The notes under the pieces are model-generated. The model saw only the letters and a list, made by a program, of their open reading frames with translations, was not told the origin of the DNA and did no database searches. Made by a program: the position numbers and the translations under genes. This document shows positions 37,550 through 44,852 of a DNA stretch of 64,000 nucleotides, piece after piece. The number at the start of each line of letters is the position of its first letter. The stretch's first letter is position 1. Source of the stretch: an uncultured Myxococcales bacterium (GTDB taxonomy: Bacteria > Myxococcota_A > Polyangia > JAAYKL01); NCBI GenBank assembly GCA_964530995.1, contig CAZHCG010000003.1, positions 915 through 64,914 of the forward strand, written 5' to 3'.

Positions 37550-39285
37550 GATATCACCTCCTCGATCTGTCCGGCGTTGGCCAGCACCCGGGCCGCTCCC
37601 GCCGCGAAAAGGGCGCGCCGGGCCACGGCCGGATCGTCGGCCGGCGCGATCGCCCCCAGCGGAACGACGCCGGCGCTCCGCGCGGCGCGCACGTCGTCCG
37701 GCGTGTCTCCGACCAGCCAGGCCCGCTCGACGCCGAGCCTTTCCAGCGCCAGCCGCACCGGCGCCGGGTCGGGCTTGAGCGGCGCGTCGTTCATCGTCAC
37801 CACCGCGCCGAACAGGTCTTCGATTCCCTGCTCGCGCAGAAACTGCTCCGCGTCCCTGCGCGGTCTGCCGGTCACCACGCCCAGCCGCACGCGCGCGGCG
37901 AGCCGCTCCAGCGTCGGCCTCTCGACCAGCGCGGTCTCGCGGTCCCTCAGACCGGGCCGCCCGGGCGCGCCCTGGTAGAGCTCCTCGAAGCGGGCGGTCA
38001 CCTCCTCCAGCGTGGCCTCGCGGCCGGCCTCCTCGAGCAGCCGCCAGGTCAGCTCCCAGTCGTTGTTGGCGTTTCCGGCGGCCTTGGCCGCGGTGATTTG
38101 CTCCGGCGTGATCCGCGCGCCGAACGACTCGGCCGTCGCGATCGTCGCGGCGCGGTAGGAGCCGCCCACGTCGGCCAGGGTGTCATCCACGTCGAACAGG
38201 ATCGCCTCGGGATCGAGCGCGGTGCGCAGGCCGTGCTCGAGGCGCTCCCAGCCGCCGGGATCGCCGGGCACGGTGATCCGCAGCCGATCGCGCAGATCGT
38301 CCCGCCCGGGAAAGGCGCGCACCGCGATTCCCAGCCCGGCCAGCGCGTCGCGGACCCAGCTCGCGTCCTCGAAGCCGGCCAGCGCAAAGTTGGCCTGGGA
38401 GGGCAGCGGGTCGGCGCCCAGCTCGCGCAGCAGCTCGCACAGCGGCTCGCGCTGCTCGCGCACGCGGGCGACGAAGGCGCGCACCTCGCGCTCCTCTTCC
38501 AGGCGCTCTTCTGCGGCGGCCAGCGAGGGACCGGAGACGGCATAGGGATGGCCGGCCGCGCGCAGCCAGTCGATAAGCTCCCGCGGTCCCGCGGCCCAGC
38601 CCACCCGGGCTCCGGCCAGGCCCCAGGCCTTCGACATCGAGCGCGCGACCACCGCGTTGGGCAGCTCCAGCACCGCGGCGGTCGGGTCGCTGTCGGCGAA
38701 CTCCACGTAGGCCAGGTCGACCAGCAGCAGCGCCCGCGGAGCGGCCGTGGCCAGGCGGCGCAGGTCCTCCTCCCCGACGACCAGCCCGGTGGGGCTGTTG
38801 GGCGTCACGACCGCGATCGTCGCGGTGCGCCCGGAGACCGCCCCCAGCATCTCCTCGATCGGAAAGGGACCGCCGAGCCAGCGCACGGGTCGCACCTCGC
38901 AACCGGTCAGCCCGGCGTAGCGCTCGATCATCTCGAAGGTCGGGACCGGCAGCAGCAGCTCGCGCCCCGGACCGAGCACCGAGCGGATCGCGCGTTCCAG
39001 CGCGTCGTCCGCCCCGGCCGTGACCAGCACGCGCCCCGGATCCAGCCCGATTCGCCCGGCGATCCTCGCCTCCAGGCCCTGCGTGCTCGGGTAGCGCCTC
39101 AGCAGCTCCGGTCCGGCCGCGGCGATCGCCTCCAGCGCCGCGCTCGAGGGAGCGGCTCCCTCGTTGCCGTCGAGCCGCAGATCGACGGGCGCGGGATGGC
39201 GCGGCGGATCGTAGCGCTCGACTCCGGCCAGCAGCGGTGATCGGCTCGGTCCCGATCCGGTGGTTTCCTCGCTCATGGCTCGCAC
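37546..39285 (-). CDS. hisC: Histidinol-phosphate aminotransferase (HisC) fused to a C-terminal HAD-superfamily phosphatase domain (putative histidinol-phosphatase).
   Basis: The N-terminal roughly 355 aa is PLP class I/II aminotransferase: VDLRLDGNEGAAP, ...SMSKAWGLAGARVGWAAG (PLP lysine context) and NFAL. The C-terminal roughly 220 aa carries HAD motifs: I LFDVDDTLAD; II VVTGR(P); III K...; IV GDTPDDVRAARSAG. Confidence 0.8.
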   Translation of the reverse strand: MRAMSEETTGSGPSRSPLLAGVERYDPPRHPAPVDLRLDGNEGAAPSSAALEAIAAAGPELLRRYPSTQGLEARIAGRIGLDPGRVLVTAGADDALERAIRSVLGPGRELLLPVPTFEMIERYAGLTGCEVRPVRWLGGPFPIEEMLGAVSGRTATIAVVTPNSPTGLVVGEEDLRRLATAAPRALLLVDLAYVEFADSDPTAAVLELPNAVVARSMSKAWGLAGARVGWAAGPRELIDWLRAAGHPYAVSGPSLAAAEERLEEEREVRAFVARVREQREPLCELLRELGADPLPSQANFALAGFEDASWVRDALAGLGIAVRAFPGRDDLRDRLRITVPGDPGGWERLEHGLRTALDPEAILFDVDDTLADVGGSYRAATIATAESFGARITPEQITAAKAAGNANNDWELTWRLLEEAGREATLEEVTARFEELYQGAPGRPGLRDRETALVERPTLERLAARVRLGVVTGRPRRDAEQFLREQGIEDLFGAVVTMNDAPLKPDPAPVRLALERLGVERAWLVGDTPDDVRAARSAGVVPLGAIAPADDPAVARRALFAAGAARVLANAGQIEEVIS

Positions 39286-39289
39286 CTCC

Positions 39290-40168
39290 TCACGGCACTA
39301 TCTGGGCCAGGTTCGTGACGACCACGTCTGTTCCGCCGCGCCGCTTGATCTCGGGAATCACCTGCGGCAGCCGGTCGCGGGGCACGGCCGCCTTGACCGC
39401 GTATCCCAGCCCGCCGTGCAGCGAGGCCAGCGTGGGCTCGCGCATGCAGGGCAGGGCCTCGACCACGTCCTCGAGCAACTCGGCCGGGACGTTGACCTCC
39501 ACCATCACGCGGCGCCTGGCCTCGAGCACGGCCTCGAGCAGGACCACCAGCCTTTCGAGCTGCTCGCGCCTGGCCGGGTCATCCAGCGCGACGCGGCTGG
39601 CGTAGAGCCTGGTGGAGGAGCGCATCAGCTCGTCGATCACGGCCAGCTTGTTGGCCCTCAGGGTCTCGCCGCTGGCAGCGTTGTCCACGATCAGGTCGGC
39701 GTCCTCGGGGGGGAAGACCTCGGTCGCGCCGTAGGAGCGCACGAAGACCGCCTCGATCCCGCGCTCCTCGATCCAGCGCCGGGTCAGCCGCTCGTACTCC
39801 GAGGCGACCACCAGCCGCCGTCGCGGCAGCCGTCCCGCGTCGTCCAGCAGGCCGGCCGGCGCCGCGGCCACCACGCGCACCGGGTCGAGCCCGGTGTCGA
39901 GCAGTTCCACCGCGCCGGAGCCAAGCTCGGCCGCCCAGTCCGCGCCGGCGAAACCGGCGTCCCGGGAGCCGGCCTCCAGCATCTCCACGATGCTCTGGGG
40001 CTTGAGGATCTTGGCTTCGATCCCGGCAACCGACACCGCCGGCCGGTAACCGCGCGAGGCCGCCGAGACGCGGATTCCCGCGTCCTCGAGCAGGCGCAGC
40101 ACGCCCTCCTGCATCCGGCCCTTGGGCAGGGCCAGTCGAATCCTGGCGTCGCTCTCTGGCTCGCTCAT
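39290..40168 (-). CDS. hisG: ATP phosphoribosyltransferase, long form with C-terminal regulatory domain.
   Basis: RIRLALPKGRMQEG; DIVDNAASGETLRAN-like PRPP-binding segment. 292 aa. The start was set at MSEPESD by codon arithmetic. Confidence 0.88.
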   Translation of the reverse strand: MSEPESDARIRLALPKGRMQEGVLRLLEDAGIRVSAASRGYRPAVSVAGIEAKILKPQSIVEMLEAGSRDAGFAGADWAAELGSGAVELLDTGLDPVRVVAAAPAGLLDDAGRLPRRRLVVASEYERLTRRWIEERGIEAVFVRSYGATEVFPPEDADLIVDNAASGETLRANKLAVIDELMRSSTRLYASRVALDDPARREQLERLVVLLEAVLEARRRVMVEVNVPAELLEDVVEALPCMREPTLASLHGGLGYAVKAAVPRDRLPQVIPEIKRRGGTDVVVTNLAQIVP

Positions 40169-40219
40169 CTTCCGCCGCTCCTTTCCGGCTTTCGTCGGCG
40201 CGGCGTTTCGTTTTTTACT

Positions 40220-40252
40220 GGAACGAAAAACGCCGGCCGAGGCGGCCGGCGT
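40220..40252 (-). terminator. Intrinsic terminator-like hairpin plus U-tract on the minus strand, about 60-75 nt upstream of the hisG start; candidate attenuator terminator.
   Basis: The minus-strand RNA reads GCCGGCCG-ccu-CGGCCGGC GUUUUUCGUU. An alternative upstream pairing segment GGGGCCGGCGCUGG can pair with the 5' arm (CGCCGGCC), giving an antiterminator. Confidence 0.45.
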
Positions 40253-40293
40253 TCTTGGTGTCGTCTGCGACGAGCTACACCAGCGCCGGCCCC

Positions 40294-40332
40294 TCAGGGC
40301 GCATGCCGGTGGTGCTGGCACATCTCGAACAT
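40294..40332 (-). promoter_or_regulatory. Candidate his leader peptide ORF (MFEMCQHHRHAP-stop), with three His codons in a four-codon stretch.
   Basis: The minus-strand reading is atg ttc gag atg tgc cag cac cac cgg cat gcg ccc tga. It lies 40-60 nt upstream of the terminator hairpin. An exact TTGACA (-35-like) sits about 35 nt upstream, but the -10 is poor. Coordinates are hand-counted. Confidence 0.35.
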
Positions 40333-40887
40333 GGTACGGAGAAGATGCCACCGAAAAGGCGGGCTGTCAACGAGCACTCCGCGCTGTGGGGAAATCGTTT
40401 CGGGCCGGGGGTCGGGCGGGGGGCGGTCGATCGCGATACCCCGGTCTCAGGCTGGTGAGCAGGCCGTGAAGCAAAACCAGGTTTCGGCGGACGCGCTGAA
40501 CCGAGCTGGGTGCGTGGACTATAACGATGCAGGATTCGGAGGGCCTCGGCAACGTACGGCGACCGAGCTCGGGCGACAGCTCCTTCAGTTTCTACAGGTC
40601 TGGAAGCCGGAATCCGAGTAGCGGGAGAGCTTCTCCATAACCTGGGTTGGGACACCGAATTCAAGTTGCCAGGGGGTGGCAAGTTCAGAATCTTCGCAAA
40701 GACCGGCGGAAGGAGAAATCAGCACAGGCTGCTGCTCAGACTTGCGTCCAGCGACGTTCTGAAACACATTTTCCTTAACGCTGGATTCCCGGTGGGAGAA
40801 CTGGTATCCTGCTTCTCGCCAAGACGCCGGAGGGGCGAAAGAAGATGATCTTCGCGTCAACTACGGTGTAGGTAACCCTAGTACGTC

Positions 40888-41109
40888 ATGCCGATACCCA
40901 AGGTCACAATCGACGGCGTGAGCGTCGTGATGCGAGGGTCGCTCAACCCGGCGATCTTCCAGCCCGTGTGGTTCAGCGCCAACGGTCTCGCCAAGAAGAG
41001 GGATGCCGACGATGCGCTTGTTGGCGTCGTTCATCCAGAGTTCACCGCGTTCCAAATGGGGTCGATTGACCTGACGATTGCTCATGGAAGGCGCTATCAC
41101 AGCGTCTAG
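40888..41109 (+). pseudogene. 73-aa ORF that appears to continue in another frame (about 41065-41409) with no start codon; likely one roughly 165-aa gene disrupted by a frameshift.
   Basis: Frame A ends ...TIAHGRRYHSV-stop. The +2 frame is open from just upstream (PDDCSWKALSQRLAPSSAWEKVLSEPRVRTVIVQGDREGG...DILEREFDKSV...) and ends 20 nt inside the next gene. It lies in the lower-GC islet. Confidence 0.3.
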
Positions 41110-41389
41110 CGCCTTCCTCGGCCTGGGAGAAAGTCCTCTCTGAACCGAGAGTTAGGACCGTCATCGTTCAGGGAGACCGTGAGGGCGGACGTGAAGGCTA
41201 CATTCAGCTGCACGCCGAGCCTTCCATACGAGAGTCCGACGGCGTTTACTTCAAGGTGAACGACCACTACGAGGTCGCGGCGTTGGACTCGGGAGTCGGT
41301 GCAGAGGCAGCGCTGGATATTCTAGAGAGAGAATTCGACAAGTCGGTGAGAATGTCCAAAGATATGGTGACAAAAACAATGGAGGCAGT

Positions 41390-41968
41390 ATGCTCGCCAG
41401 ACAGTTGAACGGTACGGCGGCAGCTTCTTATGCGCCCTACGACATGACCCTAGACGATCTGGAAACACCAGAGTCACCACAGTCACCACAGGATGAGCCC
41501 GATCCGGCAGAGTTGTCAGAGCCACTTCCTGCTGAGCAACCCCCCAGGCCGGAGACACTGCCTTCTCCCGAGGAGGAACCACAACCCAAGGTGTTTCCTT
41601 CCTCCACGGTAGCGCGTTGGCAAGCCACGCTCGTTCCGCAACCTAAGTTCACCGTTCTTCAGGCATGGGAGGGGACCGTTCGGGAAGTCCGTGAGGATTC
41701 CCTTGTCGTGGTATTGAAAGATCAGGGTGATGAACCCCAACCCGACGAAGAAGCAGAGGTCTATTTCGATGAGATCGACCCCGAGGACCACGACCTAGTG
41801 GCTCCGGGGGCGATCTTCTACTGGAGCATCGGCTATCGCGACGGTCGCAGCGGCCGTGAGCGCGTATCGCTGATACATTTTCGTCGTTTACCCGTCTATA
41901 CGGATGCAGATCGTGAGCGGGCTCGTGCAGCAGCCAAAGAAACCGCCGACAAGCTCGGCTGGGGGTAG
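41390..41968 (+). CDS. Hypothetical protein with an acidic Pro/Glu-rich N-terminus and a conserved-looking C-terminal domain (192 aa).
   Basis: The N-terminus reads ETPESPQSPQDEPDPAELSEPLPAEQPPRPETLPSPEEEPQP. The C-terminal 120 aa (FTVLQAWEGTVREV...IFYWSIGYRDGRSG...) has a globular composition. No known motif. Confidence 0.4.
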   Translation: MLARQLNGTAAASYAPYDMTLDDLETPESPQSPQDEPDPAELSEPLPAEQPPRPETLPSPEEEPQPKVFPSSTVARWQATLVPQPKFTVLQAWEGTVREVREDSLVVVLKDQGDEPQPDEEAEVYFDEIDPEDHDLVAPGAIFYWSIGYRDGRSGRERVSLIHFRRLPVYTDADRERARAAAKETADKLGWG

Positions 41969-43100
41969 TCTTCTCCTCTCGAGTCCAGTCGCTGACGACA
42001 TCGAGATTTCGTTGTTCGGGTCGGGATACGGTGAAGCCATTGCTGTCCACCTCGGTGCTGGCGAGTGGCTGTTGGTCGATTCCTGCCTCGATGATGAATT
42101 CCATGCACCGGCACAGATAGCCTATTTGCAGAAAATCGATGTTGACGTCGCTGCGGACGTGAAGCTGATCCTCGCTTCACACTGGCATGATGATCACGTA
42201 CGCGGACTGGGTCGAGCTATTGAGACATGTAGCAGCGCAAGGTTCTGCTGCTCGCAGGCGATGAAGCGCCAGGAATTCCTTGAGCTGGTAAAGCTGCACG
42301 AGCCCGGTTCGATGTCCAGCAACTCCGGCGTGCGCGAGTTTCATCGAATTCTCGATGTCCTCGAAGGGCGAGGGGCTGGCCGTTCAACGACGCAGTGGGC
42401 TCACGCGGATCGTTGTCTCTATCGGCGTCCTGCGAACGGTCAACTGCCTGCCTGCGAGGTGTACAGCCTGTCGCCATCGGACACAGCAGTAACGCAGGCC
42501 TTTCAGCGTTGGGGAACCATGCTCACGCAGAGCGTGGGCCCTGGCAGTCGAGTTCCCGCCGAGAATCCCAACTACGCGGCGGTCGTGCTCTGGGTACGCG
42601 TCGGTACACGCATCGTGTTACTCGCCTCGGACCTGGAAAACACAGCACAGAACGGGACTGGCTGGTCAGCCGTTCTGTCATCTACAGGACGGCCAGATGG
42701 CAGGGCTGCTGTCGTGAAGGTGTCGCACCATGGGTCGCAGTCTGGCGATCATCCAGACGTCTGGTCGACCCTGCTCGATCCCGATCCGGTAGCAGTCTTG
42801 ACCCCTTTCTCACGAGGTAGGCATCAGCTTCCCACACCAGCCGATATCTGCCGAATACGAGGTCAGAGTTCGCGAGCGTTCATCACCGCACCACCTCGCT
42901 TGAGACGAAGCCGTAGACGCAGTGGTTTGGTAGGTAGAACCCTGCGTGAGACCACGCGGTATGTTCGAGAGGCACACCCTCCAGTTGGTCACGTCAGGCT
43001 GCGAGCACCCTCAACTGGAACCAGTCCGTCGGAGTGGCGTGCACAGTGTTTCGGCCAAGCTCGACCGACAACCAAGCTACGAGCCGACGACTGGCGATAA
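41904..43100 (+). CDS. Metallo-beta-lactamase-fold hydrolase (HxHxDH = HWHDDH) with an Arg-rich C-terminal tail.
   Basis: FGSGYGEAIAVHLGAGEWLLVDSC (strand plus Gly-rich loop). LILASHWHDDHVRGL (motif II). VSHHGSQSG (distal His). The basic C-terminal 90 aa. The ATG at 41904 overlaps the previous gene by 65 nt; a TTG start near 42011 is an alternative. Confidence 0.6.
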   Translation: MQIVSGLVQQPKKPPTSSAGGSLLLSSPVADDIEISLFGSGYGEAIAVHLGAGEWLLVDSCLDDEFHAPAQIAYLQKIDVDVAADVKLILASHWHDDHVRGLGRAIETCSSARFCCSQAMKRQEFLELVKLHEPGSMSSNSGVREFHRILDVLEGRGAGRSTTQWAHADRCLYRRPANGQLPACEVYSLSPSDTAVTQAFQRWGTMLTQSVGPGSRVPAENPNYAAVVLWVRVGTRIVLLASDLENTAQNGTGWSAVLSSTGRPDGRAAVVKVSHHGSQSGDHPDVWSTLLDPDPVAVLTPFSRGRHQLPTPADICRIRGQSSRAFITAPPRLRRSRRRSGLVGRTLRETTRYVREAHPPVGHVRLRAPSTGTSPSEWRAQCFGQARPTTKLRADDWR

Positions 43101-43808
43101 CCGAGAGGGTCGAATCAACGTTTCGACCACGTCCACCAGGTCGCTTCGGACGCTCTCCACTATCACGTCCGCGCCGGCGTCTCTCAGCACCTCGGCGCTG
43201 TTGCCGCGGTAGGGCACTCCCACACACGGCGCTCCGATCTCGTGCGCGGCCCACACGTCGTGCGGGGTGTCTCCCACGATCACGACCGGCCTCTCTCCGC
43301 TCGGGTCGCAGCGGCGGGCTCCGGCGGCCAGCACCTCGGCGCGGCTGTGGCCGTCGTCGCCGTAGCCGCCCAGCGACATGTCGAACAGGTCGTCTACCCC
43401 GGCGCTGCGGAACTTGATCAGGCCGCCACTTCTCAGGTTGCCGGTCCCGAGCCCGACCACGGCGCCGGCCGACTCGAGGCTCTCGACCGCGGCGCGCGGA
43501 TCGCCCAGGACCACGTACGGCCTGTCCTTCACGTTCTCGGCCAAAAGCTCCAGGTATCTGTCGAGCAGCAGGTCGATCCGCTCGCGCGCCGGCTCCCGCT
43601 CGCCGGCCAGCTCGAGCATCGCGCGGGCGATCTGCACGTCGGTCCGGCCGGCGAACTGCAGCACGTCCTCGTACGGACGTTTTCCGGTCAGCATCTCTGC
43701 GGCGCGGTTCATCGCGGCGAAGCCGGCCGACTGTCCGCTGTCCGGCACGCCGAGCAGCGTACCGTCGATGTCGAACAGCACGATGGAAGAATGGCGCTTT
43801 TCACTCAT
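43077..43808 (-). CDS. HAD-superfamily hydrolase (phosphoglycolate-phosphatase-like).
   Basis: Motif I VLFDIDGTL. Motif II GLGTGN-like. Motif IV IVGDTPHDVWAAHEIGA. 243 aa. Confidence 0.75.
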   Translation of the reverse strand: MSEKRHSSIVLFDIDGTLLGVPDSGQSAGFAAMNRAAEMLTGKRPYEDVLQFAGRTDVQIARAMLELAGEREPARERIDLLLDRYLELLAENVKDRPYVVLGDPRAAVESLESAGAVVGLGTGNLRSGGLIKFRSAGVDDLFDMSLGGYGDDGHSRAEVLAAGARRCDPSGERPVVIVGDTPHDVWAAHEIGAPCVGVPYRGNSAEVLRDAGADVIVESVRSDLVDVVETLIRPSRLSPVVGS

Positions 43809-43826
43809 ACGATCCCCACTGTGACA

Positions 43827-44852
43827 TCATCGAGCGCGGTCGGCCAGGTGGGCCCGCCACAGCCGGCGGAACGCGGCTGCCAGGGCGTCGCCCAGCGCGG
43901 CCGTGGCCTGTTCGCTCCAGCTCTCGGGGTCGCCGCGCAGGAAGGTGGTCAGATCTCCGCGGTTGTCCATGATCGCGGCCGGCAGACGGAAAAGGCGGCC
44001 GCGCGCCTCGACCTGCACGGTGTCGGGCCTGGGAGAGCGCTCGATCAGCCACTGCATGTCGTCGGTGCCGTACTCGGAGCGCAGCACCTTCTCCGGCACT
44101 CCGTGGAACAGGATCGATCCGTCCGCGCCCGGTCGCGAACGCTGGCGATTCTTGCCCCGCGACTGCTCGGGCGTGACCTGGATGTAGAGAATCGCGGCTC
44201 GCTCCAACAGCTCGCTCGAAAAACGCGGCAGCGAGGCGGCGTAGCCGTGGTGGGGCGGCAGCGGCGGGATTGTTCCCTCCGGGCCCCCGCGCGCGAACTC
44301 GATCACGGCCGTCTTTCCTTCCAGCCCTTCGCCGGCCAGCCGGTCGAGCTGCTCGGCCAGCTCGGCGGCGGCCTCGCCGAGCGCCTCCTCGACCGCCGCT
44401 GCGGAGCTCGAGCCCCGCCCGGGCAGCGCCGGCCCGGCGCCCACCGTCCCGCGGGCGGCGTCGATCCGATCGGCCAGCCAGCGTCCCGGGTCCTCGGTTT
44501 CGATCCTCCGCCGGGAGCGGACCCGAGCATGGTCCTCGTCGACCAGCGCGATCAGGGTCTCCCAGTCGATGGGATCGATGAAGCCCCGGTCCGCCGCGGC
44601 GAAGAAGGCCCGCGGCTCGCCCCGCTCCTCCAGCGCCTCGTCGGCCAGCCGCATCGCGTGCACGTAGGGGTAGTCGTCGAGCTGGACCGTGGGACCGATG
44701 TGTAACCGCTGGCGGCACAGGGCGGGATCCAGCCGCTCCAGGTAGCGTCGCACCTCGGATTTCCCGCTGGCCGGGAGAGCCAGCAGCAATACCGCTTCTA
44801 TGATGTCGTCTCTCATTCGATGCACCTCTTCCGGCTCTGCCGGGTCTTTCAT
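43827..44852 (-). CDS. Hypothetical P-loop-containing protein (Walker-A-like ALPASGKSE).
   Basis: The start overlaps the MFS gene stop (ATGA). An alternative start lies 36 nt downstream (MRDDII). No further family assignment is possible. Confidence 0.45.
   Translation of the reverse strand: MKDPAEPEEVHRMRDDIIEAVLLLALPASGKSEVRRYLERLDPALCRQRLHIGPTVQLDDYPYVHAMRLADEALEERGEPRAFFAAADRGFIDPIDWETLIALVDEDHARVRSRRRIETEDPGRWLADRIDAARGTVGAGPALPGRGSSSAAAVEEALGEAAAELAEQLDRLAGEGLEGKTAVIEFARGGPEGTIPPLPPHHGYAASLPRFSSELLERAAILYIQVTPEQSRGKNRQRSRPGADGSILFHGVPEKVLRSEYGTDDMQWLIERSPRPDTVQVEARGRLFRLPAAIMDNRGDLTTFLRGDPESWSEQATAALGDALAAAFRRLWRAHLADRAR

Noticed and set aside
40260-40887. Searched the roughly 600-nt ORF-poor stretch for a structured RNA (tmRNA T-arm GGTTCGAATCC, RNase P 'GGAAAGTCCGG', SRP, a group II intron 5' GUGCG at about 40511 with domain V).
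   Set aside because: The GTGCG pentamer is present, but no domain-V-like hairpin with a GNRA loop, no tmRNA/RNase P/SRP conserved blocks and no retron-like msd repeats could be found by eye. It is left as unexplained non-coding DNA (see findings); covariance-model scanning is needed.
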